This document shows, in pieces, positions 1-9,915 of a DNA stretch of 64,000 nucleotides. The position numbers were made by a program, and so were the translations under genes. Within the stretch, counting starts at the first letter, position 1; every line of letters starts with the position of its first letter. Below the pieces are notes generated by a model. The model saw nothing but the letters and a program-made list of their open reading frames with translations. It was not told where the DNA came from and did not search any database. The DNA comes from an uncultured Desulfarculus sp. (GTDB taxonomy: Bacteria > Desulfobacterota > Desulfarculia > Desulfarculales > Desulfarculaceae), in NCBI GenBank assembly GCA_963665125.2, contig CAXXUK010000001.1:3488001-3552000 (forward strand). The letters are read 5' to 3'.

Positions 1-1
1 T

Positions 2-145
2 TTCAACGCCATGCCACGCCCGGCCACGGTGATGGTCAGCGGCGGCCAGGCTGAAATCATCCGCCGGGCCGAAGACCTGGAAGACGTGTTCCGGCGGGAT
101 GTCGTGCCCCAAAGGCTCCGGGTGCAGACCGCCGGAGCGGCTTAG
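2..145 (+). CDS. lysA: 3' end of a diaminopimelate decarboxylase-like PLP enzyme (truncated by window start)
   Basis: Frame 2 reads FNAMPRPATVMVSGGQAEIIRRAEDLEDVFRRD...AA*, matching the LysA C-terminal N-x-x-PRPA...IRRxE pattern; not in the ORF track. Confidence 0.7.
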   Translation, partial: FNAMPRPATVMVSGGQAEIIRRAEDLEDVFRRDVVPQRLRVQTAGAA

Positions 146-156
146 GAGGAAATCCC

Positions 157-591
157 ATGACCACGCAAAACAAACTCAAGTTGGTGGCCGCGCTGCATAT
201 CTTCACCGCAGCGCAGACGATCATTTTCTGGGTCGGGTTTTATACGGAAATGATCTTTCCTAAGGAATTGCTGGCCCCCATGATCAAGAATTTCGAGGGC
301 TATTATGCCTGGGAGACTGCTTTCACCGTGCCGGACATGATCATGGCCGCGGCTATGATCATCGGCGGCTTGAAGCTGTGGCGCGACACCTCCAACGCCT
401 GGGCCGCGACAGTGCTCATGGCGGTCTCGGGCGCGGCCATATTCCTGGGGCTTTTGGATTTCATGTACGACGCCTTCAACGGCATGTATTCGCTGGGCCA
501 TCTTTTCTCGATGAATCTGTTGCTTATCGGCGTGTACATGCCCTTATTCGGCGTGTTCTCAATCGTCATATTGCACCGCAACCGTCGGTAA
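157..591 (+). CDS. hypothetical integral membrane protein (~4 TM)
   Basis: AGGAGG RBS, four hydrophobic segments, 11 nt after the lysA-like stop. Confidence 0.8.
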   Translation: MTTQNKLKLVAALHIFTAAQTIIFWVGFYTEMIFPKELLAPMIKNFEGYYAWETAFTVPDMIMAAAMIIGGLKLWRDTSNAWAATVLMAVSGAAIFLGLLDFMYDAFNGMYSLGHLFSMNLLLIGVYMPLFGVFSIVILHRNRR

Positions 592-611
592 CACCACGCC
601 GCCCCGGACGG

Positions 612-1427
612 TTAGCGCCGCTCCGGGGCGGTCAGCCAGGGATTATCGGGCGCCTGGCGGCCTTTTGCCCCGGCCACCCGGCGGTAGAGCTCCATGTCGC
701 CCCGGTTCAGGTCCACCAGTTCGGCGATCAACTCACCGTCTTCGGCCAGTTGGGCCAGGCGCTGGTCATAGCCGCTTAGGCGGCCGGTGTTGCGGCGCAC
801 GGCGGGATAGCCGCCCCAGCCCATCAGCAGGGCCAAATCGGCCAGGTCTTCGTCGTAGTATTCCTGCATGCCGATAAAGTCCAAATCAACCAAATCCGCG
901 CCCTGGAACAGGTTGCCCAGCATGAAGTCGCGCATGGCCGGCAAACGGGCGAATTGGATCAGGCTGAGGTTTTGGTCCAGGAGCTGGTCATGCACCGGAT
1001 TGCCGTGGCGGTCGGTGGTCAGCCAGAAATAATAGTGGCTGGCCAGGCGGGCCAGGGGATGCCGCAGCCAGGTGATGCGCTTTACGCCCGGCGGCAGCAG
1101 GCCGTATTTGCCCAGGGGGAAGTGGCCGTGGATCACCCGCACCCGGCCGTCCAGGCCGTGGAGCCTATCCAGGGCGATGCGCCGGGCCAAATCCGGGTCT
1201 TTTCGAAACAACAGTTCCGGGTCCTCCACATACTGGCCATAGTCGGACCATACGGCATTTTCACCATAGACGGCTTGGAGCACGCCACGGAAGCTGGTGC
1301 CCGCGGCCTTGGGCACATGCAGGCTCAGCAGCTCAACGGGCGGCGGGCTTTGGCCCAACATCCGCCGCAGTAAGGGCTTCACACCCGTGCGTACGGAATA
1401 TGAATTGATGGAGTCCCTGAACCTCAT
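612..1427 (-). CDS. sulfotransferase family protein
   Basis: 5'-PSB motif HVPKAAGTS and 3'-PB motif LRHPLARLASHYYF; start moved to MRFRDS. Confidence 0.85.
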   Translation of the reverse strand: MRFRDSINSYSVRTGVKPLLRRMLGQSPPPVELLSLHVPKAAGTSFRGVLQAVYGENAVWSDYGQYVEDPELLFRKDPDLARRIALDRLHGLDGRVRVIHGHFPLGKYGLLPPGVKRITWLRHPLARLASHYYFWLTTDRHGNPVHDQLLDQNLSLIQFARLPAMRDFMLGNLFQGADLVDLDFIGMQEYYDEDLADLALLMGWGGYPAVRRNTGRLSGYDQRLAQLAEDGELIAELVDLNRGDMELYRRVAGAKGRQAPDNPWLTAPERR

Positions 1428-1606
1428 GGCGCGCCTTTTGCGGGAGATGGTCAAGTCATCTGGGTATTCGCGGCAAAGGCGCAACCGGTTGCATCAACGG
1501 GACAAAAAAGGATCGCCAAAGAAAATAATCAGACCTTTTAGCAGTTGTTGATCAAGGGCCGCCGATCCTGCTATTGATGGAATATCATCCACACTGGAGC
1601 GCTTGA

Positions 1607-2221
1607 ATGATTCGCCGTGGCCCAGACCACCCCTTGAGCATGCAGCGGCTCAACAATCTCATAGACGGAATACTGGCCATCGCCATGACCATCCTGGTGC
1701 TCAACATTGATACGCCCCAGTTTATCGGCCCGGTCTCATCCTCCGATCTTTGGGCGGCCTTGATAAAAAAAAGCCATGTTTTTTTCAACTATTTCCTGAG
1801 CTTTTATATTCTGGGCTCCATCTGGGTGTCCCAGGTGCACCAGGCCCGCCACGTGGCCCGCACCAAACACCGTTATATCTGGCTGAACCTGTTCGCCCTG
1901 ATGTTCGTCTGCCTGGTGCCCTTCACCACCGACCTGGCAGGAGATTTTCCAGACGTGGCCACTGCCAAGTTCATTTTTCACGGCAATCTGTTTTTGGTGG
2001 GGTTCTTCTATTTCATCGAAGGCGTTTTTGTGCGCAGGGACGCTTTGATGCTGCATAAAAACGTGACTCCGGAAGAACTGCGCCGAAATGAAAAGCTGAG
2101 CATAATGCTCCCCTTGGCTGCCCTGATCGGAATTGTGGCCACTTTTTTTTCGCCGGAGTGGAGCTCAATGGCCTACGCGACCATCCCCATAATGCATGCC
2201 CTCTTGTTGCGTGCAAAATGA
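1607..2221 (+). CDS. TMEM175-family (DUF1211) potassium channel-like protein
   Basis: RLNNLIDGILAIAMTILVL resembles the RLxxFSDGVFAIAxTLLVL signature; LVPFTT motif; ~6 TM. Confidence 0.85.
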   Translation: MIRRGPDHPLSMQRLNNLIDGILAIAMTILVLNIDTPQFIGPVSSSDLWAALIKKSHVFFNYFLSFYILGSIWVSQVHQARHVARTKHRYIWLNLFALMFVCLVPFTTDLAGDFPDVATAKFIFHGNLFLVGFFYFIEGVFVRRDALMLHKNVTPEELRRNEKLSIMLPLAALIGIVATFFSPEWSSMAYATIPIMHALLLRAK

Positions 2222-2435
2222 TTGCGCGACAAGACTGCTGATCGTCAATCCGGCATCATCCGCCCGGCGCGCGGCATGCCCGGTCCTGGTTTGCGATTAT
2301 CTCGGGAATAATTTGAAAAACACTGCTCTGCAGGGTAATTAGGGCATAAAAAAGGGGCGTTCCCCCGCCCAGCGCACAATCTTCTCATGATACCGCTCGC
2401 CGCCCGGGGCGGGAGCGGTATCAAAGCTGTGCAAA

Positions 2436-2726
2436 TCAGCCGGCCACGACAGGGGCGCCCAATTCGGCAAACGAAAAGTTGTAGAATACGTTGTGGCCGT
2501 TGTAGTCCAGTACGCGCAGATCCTCTTCCTGCATGACGTCATTCATGATGGAATCATACTTTGCACCGTACTTCCTACGAACCTCGTCGATGTCAAGTTC
2601 ATAGGCAATATACTTCATGATGCCCTTGGCCTGAAGCTTTTGCACGAACTTTGGATCGTTGAAGGAATCGTAGGATGTCAGGATCAGTATGGGACCCGTT
2701 CCAGTAAAGATAATGCCCGCCTTCAT
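2436..2726 (-). CDS. hypothetical cytosolic protein (96 aa)
   Basis: AAGGAGG RBS before MKAGIIFTGTGPILILTS; globular composition; hairpin downstream at ~2388-2423. Confidence 0.8.
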   Translation of the reverse strand: MKAGIIFTGTGPILILTSYDSFNDPKFVQKLQAKGIMKYIAYELDIDEVRRKYGAKYDSIMNDVMQEEDLRVLDYNGHNVFYNFSFAELGAPVVAG

Positions 2727-3042
2727 GACACACCTCCTTTTTCCCGTTGAGGTTTGTCCATCCCTCAATTCCAGATTGAGCCATTGCGCACCCGGTGTCA
2801 ACGGTGTTTACTCGCTGTCATAAGTCCTTGAGCATTCGGGTTCTTATGTGCTTCAATTTTAGTTAATAAAATAAATTGCCATATATGGTCTTGCCTTGGC
2901 ATTATGAACCGCAACTAAACAAAATGTTCGTCAATACCGGACGATTAGTTGCCAAGAGTCTGCATGAAACGTCAATTTAGTTTGTTATTATGGTAACATA
3001 CGTATTTTTTAATTATTAATTTACACCGTTTCGGGGAAACAG

Positions 3043-3501
3043 ATGGAAATAGACAAAAAAGAAATCGCCCTTGAAGCGATTCACCGTTTCGGCAGAGTAG
3101 CCAACAAGGTCAGAGCCCTGGAGCGGTCCAGCAGGGGCTTTGACTTGAATGATGATCTGCAAGTGCGCGAAATCTATACAATAGACAACATCGGCCTGAA
3201 TCCGGGAATAACGGTGACGGAACTAGCGGCATCCATGGGCGTGACCAAGGGCGCGGCTTCGCAGGTTGTCGGGTCCCTGGAAAAACGCGGTTATGTTGAC
3301 AAACAGGCCGACCCGCATGACGGCAAGAAAATCCACCTGGTTCTTTCCAGCAAGGGCCTAAATGTGCAGGAACGCCACCGGCTATTCTACGAGGAATCAT
3401 TTGAGCGCTATTTGCATATGGTTTCGCCGGGGCAGATACTGTTGTTCAGCGAACTGCTTATGATGATTGAACAATATCTGGATACGACCCTTTCGGAGTA
3501 G
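3043..3501 (+). CDS. MarR family transcriptional regulator
   Basis: wHTH ITVTELAASMGVTKGAASQVVGSLEKRGYV plus DPHDGK wing. Confidence 0.92.
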   Translation: MEIDKKEIALEAIHRFGRVANKVRALERSSRGFDLNDDLQVREIYTIDNIGLNPGITVTELAASMGVTKGAASQVVGSLEKRGYVDKQADPHDGKKIHLVLSSKGLNVQERHRLFYEESFERYLHMVSPGQILLFSELLMMIEQYLDTTLSE

Positions 3502-3504
3502 CAA

Positions 3505-4155
3505 TCAGACCACCCTGCCGCGCTCCATGGTGATCACGGTGCGGGCCAGGCGCGATGTCTGGTCCGCCGAATGCAGGACCATAACGATGCTGGTGCCGCC
3601 CAGGGCCAGTTGACCCACCAAATCCTCGCACAGCTCGGCGCCCTTTTCATCCAGGGCGGCAAACGGCTCGTCCAACAGCAGCACCTCGGGTTTCGCGGCA
3701 ATGGCCCTGGCCAGGGCGGTGCGCTGGCGCTCGCCGCCGGAAAGCCTCTGGGCCCGCAAACCGGCCGAACCGGCCAGCCCGACCATCTCCAGGGCCCGCA
3801 TGGCCTCGTTCCTGCGCCGGGCCCGGCCCATGCCGCGCCAGGCCAGGCCCATGGCCACGTTGCGCTCCACCGTACCGTGGAACATGTACGGGTCCTGGGC
3901 CACAAGGGTTACGCTCTTGCGCAGCGCGGTGCCGTTGCCGGGCTGCAACTCCCGGCCGCGAAAAAAGACCCCGCCGCGGTCCGGTTCCAGCAACATCGCC
4001 AATATATTCAGCAGAACGCTCTTGCCCGCGCCGTTGGGACCGCGAATGACGCTGATGCCGCCGGAGTCTATGTATAACTCGGGCAAATCAAGCACCACCC
4101 GCCCCTTAAAGCTTTTACTCACACCATGAAGTCTGAACAAGGGAGCATCGGCCAT
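3505..4155 (-). CDS. tupC: tungstate ABC transporter ATP-binding subunit
   Basis: Walker A GPNGAGKS, LSGGE signature, LLLDEP; follows the tupB-like permease. Confidence 0.85.
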   Translation of the reverse strand: MADAPLFRLHGVSKSFKGRVVLDLPELYIDSGGISVIRGPNGAGKSVLLNILAMLLEPDRGGVFFRGRELQPGNGTALRKSVTLVAQDPYMFHGTVERNVAMGLAWRGMGRARRRNEAMRALEMVGLAGSAGLRAQRLSGGERQRTALARAIAAKPEVLLLDEPFAALDEKGAELCEDLVGQLALGGTSIVMVLHSADQTSRLARTVITMERGRVV

Positions 4156-4157
4156 GT

Positions 4158-4850
4158 CTACTTCCAGTTCCAGCGGGGCCAGTTGGCCAACAGGTTGACG
4201 CCCAGGGCGGCGATGAGCAGGATAATGCCCAAGGCCATGCCCTGGGCAAAGTCGCCCTTGGAGGTCTCCAGGACGATGGAGGTGGTAAAGGTGCGGGTGT
4301 AATGGCGGATATTGCCGCCGACCATGACCGCAGCGCCTACTTCAGTGAGCACCCGGCCGAACCCGGCGGCCAGGGCGGCGATGATGGCCATGCGGGCCTC
4401 GCCCACCACGGCCCAGGCGGCCTGCCGCCTGGTCGCGCCCAGGGTCAGGGCGGCTGGTTCAACCCGGCGATCCAGGGTGCGCACAGCCGATATGGTCAGG
4501 GCCGTGATGATCGGAAAGGCCAGGATGGCCTGGGCGGCGACCATGGCCCCCGGAGTATAGAGCATGTCCAGAAAGCCCAGGGGCCCCTGGGCCGAGAGAA
4601 AACTGTAGACCAACAGCCCAACCACCACCGTAGGCAGGGCCAGCAGGGTGTTGAAGACAACTATCAGCGCCCGGCGGCCCCGGAAACGGCGCAGGCCGAT
4701 GTACATACCCAGGGGGGCGCCAAGCATGGCGGCGATGAGCGTGGCCGAAAGCGACACGCCAAGCGACAGCCCGGCTATGCCGTATATCTCCGGGTCCAGT
4801 CCGGCGATCAGCCCCAACCCCTTGACAAAGCCCTGCCAGATGAACTCCAA
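4158..4850 (-). CDS. tupB: tungstate ABC transporter permease
   Basis: LPTVVVGL and FGRVLTEVGAAVMVGGNIRHYTRTFTTSIVLETSKG, typical of TupB. Confidence 0.9.
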   Translation of the reverse strand: MEFIWQGFVKGLGLIAGLDPEIYGIAGLSLGVSLSATLIAAMLGAPLGMYIGLRRFRGRRALIVVFNTLLALPTVVVGLLVYSFLSAQGPLGFLDMLYTPGAMVAAQAILAFPIITALTISAVRTLDRRVEPAALTLGATRRQAAWAVVGEARMAIIAALAAGFGRVLTEVGAAVMVGGNIRHYTRTFTTSIVLETSKGDFAQGMALGIILLIAALGVNLLANWPRWNWK

Positions 4851-4948
4851 CCACGCACTCCGTTAGTTTCATTGGTTAATGCCGCCTATGTCAGTAATGA
4901 TATACTATTGGCTCATAGGTTGACACAAGTTCACAGCGCGGAAGAAAC

Positions 4949-6184
4949 ATGAAGCCCTTTTTCAATGTGCAAAGCGTGGCCCGCGTGCAGGCCCTGGCCG
5001 GTGAGACAGCGGTTTTAAGCGCCGAACACACGGCCATCACCACGGCGGCCGGGCGCACCCTGGCCGGGGACCTCGCCGCGCCCCACGACCTGCCCGGTTT
5101 CAGCCGCTCGACCATGGACGGATTCGCCGTGCGGGCCAGGGACACATTCGGCTGCTCGGAGACCGCTCCGGCGTACCTTGAGCTGTGCGGCGAGGTGGTC
5201 ATGGGCCGGGAGCCGGACTTTAACGTCCAACCGGGCCGCTGCGCAAAGATATTCACCGGCGGCATGCTGCCCGCCGGGGCCGACGCCGTGCTGATGGTGG
5301 AGCACACCCGCATGGCCGGAGACACGACCGTGGAGGCGGCCAAGAGCGTGGCCCCCGGCGACAATATCCTGGGCCCCACCGACGACGCGGCCCGGGGCCA
5401 GATTCTGCTGCGGGCCGGGCACGAGCTGCGGGCCCAGGACATCGGCCTGATGGCCGCCCTGGGCCTTGAACAGGCCGCTGTGGTGCGGCGGCCCAAGGTG
5501 GCCATTGTCAGCACCGGCGACGAAGTGGTGCCCATCAGCGGCGCCCCCGCCCCCGGCCAGGTTCGCGACGTGAACACCTACACCCTGGACCAGCTTGTGC
5601 GCCAGGCCGGGGCGGAGCCTTTGGTCATGGGCCTTGCCCCGGACGACCGCGCGGCCCTGCAAGAGGTGGTGGGCCGGGCCCTGGATACCTGCGACGTGGT
5701 GCTCCTTTCGGGCGGCTCGTCGGTGGGCACCCGGGACCTCACCTCAGAGGTGTTTCAATCTTTTCCCCAAGCCGAACTACTGGTGCACGGCGTGGCCGTC
5801 AGCCCCGGCAAACCATTTATCTGGGTACGGGCCGGGCAAAAGCACCTGCTGGGTCTGCCGGGCCAGGTGGCCTCCTGCATGGTGGCCTTTTACGTCCTGG
5901 TGGAGCCCCTGATCGAGGCCATGCTTGGCAGAGCGCCCCTGGCCTTCCGCCGCTTCGGCCGCCTGAGCGCCCAGCTGGCCCGCAACATCCCCTCCACGCC
6001 GGGCCGCGAGGACTATATCCGGGCCAGGCTCACCAGCAACAACGGCACAGGCCTGATCGAGCCGGTATTCGGCAAGAGCGGACTGATCACCACCCTGATC
6101 CAGGGCCAGGGCCTGGTGCGCATCCCGGCCGACAGCGAGGGCCTGTACCAGGGCGAGACCGTGGAAATGCTCTTGTTCCCGTGA
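4949..6184 (+). CDS. moeA: molybdopterin molybdotransferase (gephyrin-like)
   Basis: SRSTMDGFAVR, IFTGGMLPAGADAVLMVE, STGDEV, SGGSSVG, PGKP motifs. Confidence 0.95.
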   Translation: MKPFFNVQSVARVQALAGETAVLSAEHTAITTAAGRTLAGDLAAPHDLPGFSRSTMDGFAVRARDTFGCSETAPAYLELCGEVVMGREPDFNVQPGRCAKIFTGGMLPAGADAVLMVEHTRMAGDTTVEAAKSVAPGDNILGPTDDAARGQILLRAGHELRAQDIGLMAALGLEQAAVVRRPKVAIVSTGDEVVPISGAPAPGQVRDVNTYTLDQLVRQAGAEPLVMGLAPDDRAALQEVVGRALDTCDVVLLSGGSSVGTRDLTSEVFQSFPQAELLVHGVAVSPGKPFIWVRAGQKHLLGLPGQVASCMVAFYVLVEPLIEAMLGRAPLAFRRFGRLSAQLARNIPSTPGREDYIRARLTSNNGTGLIEPVFGKSGLITTLIQGQGLVRIPADSEGLYQGETVEMLLFP

Positions 6185-6197
6185 GGCTGATAACGTC

Positions 6198-8138
6198 ATG
6201 AAACGCAACGTCTACCTGAACATGAAGCCCGTGGCCCAGGCCCGGGAAATTTTCTTGCAGGCCTTCGACTGGGTTGCCCTGGCCGGAACCGAGCAGGTGC
6301 CCACTGCCGACTCCCTGGGTCGGTTCACCGCCGGGCCTGTGTTCGCCGATTTCTCCAGCCCGGCCTATCACTGCGCGGCCATGGACGGCTACGCGGTCAA
6401 GGCCTCGGACACCTACGGCGCCAGCGACGAGAGGCCCCGGCTGCTGGGCCTCGGGGATCAAGCCCGGCCGGTTAACACCGGCAATCCCCTGCCCCCCGGC
6501 GCCGACGCGGTGATCATGGTGGAACAGGTTCACCTGCCGCCCGAAGGCCAAGCCATCGAGATCCGCCAAGCCGCATTTCCCTGGCAGCATGTGCGCAAGG
6601 TGGGTGAAGACATTGTCTCCCAAGAGATGCTTTTACCTCATCACCACGTCATGCGCCCGGCCGACGTGGCCGCCCTAATGCAGGCCGGGGTGTTCCGCTT
6701 GGAGGTGTTGCAAAGACCCAGAGTGACGGTGATCCCCACCGGCAGCGAGTTGATCGACTGGCGCGACGCGGAAAATACCCAGCCCCGGCCGGGCAGCATC
6801 ATCGAGACCAACAGCCTGTTCATCTCCGGCATGGTCAGCCAGGCCGGCGCCCAGGCAAGCGTGACCGAACGCCGCCCGGACGAATACGAGCTGATCAAGG
6901 ACGCCGTCACCCAGGCCGTGGAATCCGACGCCCACATGGTAATCCTCAACGCCGGGGCTTCGGCGGGCACCAAGGACTACACGGTGCATGTGATCAAGAA
7001 ACTGGGCGAGGTCCTGGTCCACGGCATCCAGGCCATGCCCGGCAAGCCAACCATCCTGGGCCGCGTCCGGGGCAAACCGGTCATCGGCAGCCCCGGCTAT
7101 CCGGTGAGCGCCTGGGTCTGCCTGGAGCAGTTCGTCATCCCGGCCCTTAGCCTGATGCAGGGCCAGGCCCCCTCCGAGCCCGAGACGGTCCAGGCCGTGC
7201 CGGCCCGGCCTTTGGCCTCGCGCCTGGGCCAGGAGGAATTCATCCGCGTGCATCTGGGCCGGGTCGGGCCGAATATCGTGGCCACGCCGCTCAAACGCGG
7301 GGCCGGAGCCATCACCAGCCTGACCAGGGCCGACGGGGTGATCCGCATTCCGGCCAACAGCGACGGCGCGCCCCAGGGCGAGCCCGTAATCGCCGAACTG
7401 TTGAAACCCGCCGAGGCCGTGGAGCGCACCCTGGTCATCGTGGGCAGCCACGACGTGACCCTGGACATCCTGGCCGACCACATCAAGGCCATGGACAGCC
7501 GCATCGGCGTGTCGTCGTCCCACGTGGGCTCGTTGGCCGGGCTCATGGCCATCCGCGAAGGGCGCTGCCACCTGGGCGGCACCCATCTGTTGGACGAAGA
7601 CACCGGCGATTACAACATCGGCTACATAAAAAAATACCTGCCCGGTACGCCCGTGCGCCTGGTGACCCTGGCCCTGCGCAGCCAGGGGCTCATCGTCAAG
7701 CCGGGCAACCCCAAGGGCATCCGCGATTTCGGCGACCTGGCCCGGGACGGCGTGGTCATGGTCAACCGTCAGGGCGGCAGCGGCACCCGCGTTCTTTTGG
7801 ATTATCACCTGCGCCGTCTGGGCATCGACCCGGCCGGCATTGCTGGCTATGACAACGAGGAATACACCCACATGGGCGTGGCCGTGCATGTGCTCTCCGG
7901 CGGGGCCGACGTGGGCCTGGGCGTGATGTCGGCGGCCAGGGCGTTGAACCTGGACTTCGTGCCGCTGATGGAAGAACGCTACGACCTGTGCATCCCCGAG
8001 GCCCTGATGGACGACCACCGCATCCGGGTCCTTCTGGCGGTCCTGGCCACGGACAGGTTCAAGCAAGCGGTTGAAGCTTTGGGCGGATATGATGTCGCGC
8101 CCATGGGCCGCATTCACGCGCTTCCGGAGATGGATTGA
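6198..8138 (+). CDS. moeA: MoeA fused to a C-terminal PBP-like (oxyanion-binding) domain
   Basis: AAMDGYAV, TGNPLPPGADAVIMVE and PGKP, then GSHD, GSLAGL, NRQGGSGTRVLLD and YTHMGVA PBP-like motifs. Confidence 0.93.
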   Translation: MKRNVYLNMKPVAQAREIFLQAFDWVALAGTEQVPTADSLGRFTAGPVFADFSSPAYHCAAMDGYAVKASDTYGASDERPRLLGLGDQARPVNTGNPLPPGADAVIMVEQVHLPPEGQAIEIRQAAFPWQHVRKVGEDIVSQEMLLPHHHVMRPADVAALMQAGVFRLEVLQRPRVTVIPTGSELIDWRDAENTQPRPGSIIETNSLFISGMVSQAGAQASVTERRPDEYELIKDAVTQAVESDAHMVILNAGASAGTKDYTVHVIKKLGEVLVHGIQAMPGKPTILGRVRGKPVIGSPGYPVSAWVCLEQFVIPALSLMQGQAPSEPETVQAVPARPLASRLGQEEFIRVHLGRVGPNIVATPLKRGAGAITSLTRADGVIRIPANSDGAPQGEPVIAELLKPAEAVERTLVIVGSHDVTLDILADHIKAMDSRIGVSSSHVGSLAGLMAIREGRCHLGGTHLLDEDTGDYNIGYIKKYLPGTPVRLVTLALRSQGLIVKPGNPKGIRDFGDLARDGVVMVNRQGGSGTRVLLDYHLRRLGIDPAGIAGYDNEEYTHMGVAVHVLSGGADVGLGVMSAARALNLDFVPLMEERYDLCIPEALMDDHRIRVLLAVLATDRFKQAVEALGGYDVAPMGRIHALPEMD

Positions 8139-8247
8139 GCAGTTTACATAAGATAGCCTATTGCCAACTAGGCATGGGTGGGATAATCATAAACCGTAAT
8201 ACAACGTTGCATCTGCCTCATTACCGCTAATTGTTAATCACTCTGGA

Positions 8248-9222
8248 TTGACCATGCCGCCGAAGTTTCTCGACTGGCGGGCCCTGCGCAGACCATATCC
8301 GCAGAACCTGACCATAGACATACATTCATTTTGCAACGCCAAGTGCCGCATCTGCCCCTATCCCAACATCAAGGACCAACTGTCCATGGGCTACATGGAC
8401 GAGGCCTTGTTCCGGCGGATCATCGACGAATTCGCCGAGCTCAACCGCCAACACGAAGACGTGCGCGGGCACGTGATCTTCTGCAACATGGGCGAGATGT
8501 TCATGGACAAAAACGTCCAGCAGAAGATCAACTATGTCATGGAAAGCGGCCTGGAGATGATCATCCAGACCAACGGCAGCCTGCTGACGCCCCAACGGGC
8601 CGAACTGCTGCTGGAAAGCGGCTACAAGGGCCCGGTGTATGTCAGCTTCCACGGCATCACCAAAGAGGTCTACGAGGGCATCATGGGCCTGGACTATGAT
8701 AAGAGCCTGGCCAATGTCCTGCACATGGCCGGCCTGCCGCTGAATTTGCAAATCCGGGCCTATGCCCACAAGTGGCCCAGGGGAGAGGCCAAAAAGGTCA
8801 GCCGCTTTTGGGAGGACCACGGCATGGGCCTGCGCTACGGGTTCCACGCGCCCAACGCCCGCACCGGCCTGGTGGAGGATCTGCGCCGCTCAACCTTTAA
8901 ATATCCCGGCAAATGGCTGCGGGGCTGCAAAAAGGGCCTGCCCCTGCGGGACATGATCATCTCTTGGGACGGCAAGGCAGTGCTGTGCTGCGAAGACATG
9001 GGCCGCAAGGTGATCCTGGGCGATGTGAGCCAATCGTCCATTGTCGATGTTTGGAACTCGGCCAGGGCCGAAAAGACAATGGACTATCTGTGGGGCGGGG
9101 CCTACGGCAAAAGCGATGACTTTATCTGCCGCACCTGCGAGTTCGGCCAGTCCAACCAGTTCCGCAGGCTGGTCAAGAACGTGGATAATTCCTGGCGCAT
9201 GTTCCGGGAAATTTATCTATAG
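8248..9222 (+). CDS. radical SAM protein with SPASM/twitch domain
   Basis: CNAKCRIC (CX3CX2C); C-terminal GC...ISWDGKAVLCCED...LGDV...VWNS...CRTC; start TTG 8248 or ATG 8254. Confidence 0.9.
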   Translation: MTMPPKFLDWRALRRPYPQNLTIDIHSFCNAKCRICPYPNIKDQLSMGYMDEALFRRIIDEFAELNRQHEDVRGHVIFCNMGEMFMDKNVQQKINYVMESGLEMIIQTNGSLLTPQRAELLLESGYKGPVYVSFHGITKEVYEGIMGLDYDKSLANVLHMAGLPLNLQIRAYAHKWPRGEAKKVSRFWEDHGMGLRYGFHAPNARTGLVEDLRRSTFKYPGKWLRGCKKGLPLRDMIISWDGKAVLCCEDMGRKVILGDVSQSSIVDVWNSARAEKTMDYLWGGAYGKSDDFICRTCEFGQSNQFRRLVKNVDNSWRMFREIYL

Positions 9223-9330
9223 CTTGCACATTGGCCCGTCCTTGGGCCAGAGGCATATTGTTTAATTCCAAGCTAGTGCTCGTTTGGGCACTTCACCTAC
9301 TCCAACCATTTGGAAACGCTGATATTTCCC

Positions 9331-9862
9331 CGGGGGAAGTGGGGACCCCCTTTCGACAAATGTGGTCCCCGTCTCCCCCCAGACCCCGCCTCCCCCCTCC
9401 AAATGACGTTGCCTCGAGTTGGGTCTGAGATTCCCTGGGCTATGCTGAAATTTCTAGATATTCAGTGCGTGTTGGCGTGAGGAATTGCTCGTCTCGGGCT
9501 AGCTTACAACACGAGTCGGCGTGCAGGCGGTGCCTAATGGATGGTGTGGTGCCGGTTGAGCCGGGCATCAGCGTGGGTGAAACATACTCCGCTCGGCGCG
9601 ATCGGCCACGGCACGCGCTTAGGGCACTGCCCCCACGCCGTTTTCGAGACCCAGCCAAGGAGCAACGGCCGACAGCAGTGCGGTCCACAACTGGGCAGGG
9701 AAGGGATAGCGCCTTTGGCAATTCTGTTCGCAGGGCCGGTTTCATACCTGCTGGGCCAGATATATTTTTTTCGAGCCGGGAGTCCAGAGGGGATGGCGAG
9801 CTTTTGATATTGCTCAAAAGCGAAGAATCCCCTCTGGCCGCCGGAGGCAAAATGTCAGGGCA
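9331..9862. repeat. copy 1 of a structured non-coding repeat element (MITE/REPIN-like or ncRNA)
   Basis: 5' module GGGGGAAGTGGGGACCCCCTTTCGACAAA...AGACCCCGCCTCCCCCCTCCAAATGACGTTG recurs at 45266 and 45902; 3' module CTTTTGATATTGCTCAAAAGCGAAGAATCCCCTCTGGCCGCCGGAGGCA recurs at ~45778. Confidence 0.9.
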
Positions 9863-9915
9863 ACCAAATAGCGGGCAGAACCCGGCACCCCGATAATCGG
9901 CTGTGGCCCCGAACG

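Noticed and set aside
6675..8117. 480-aa minus-strand ORF and similar long antisense ORFs (22760..24103, 28375..29997, 40852..42396, 57339..58421, 58904..60040)
   Set aside because: Shadow frames opposite well-supported genes, expected with high third-position GC.
9231..9896. ORFs 9231..9428, 9440..9850, 9465..9896, 9541..9807
   Set aside because: Chance frames across repeat copy 1 with no protein motifs.
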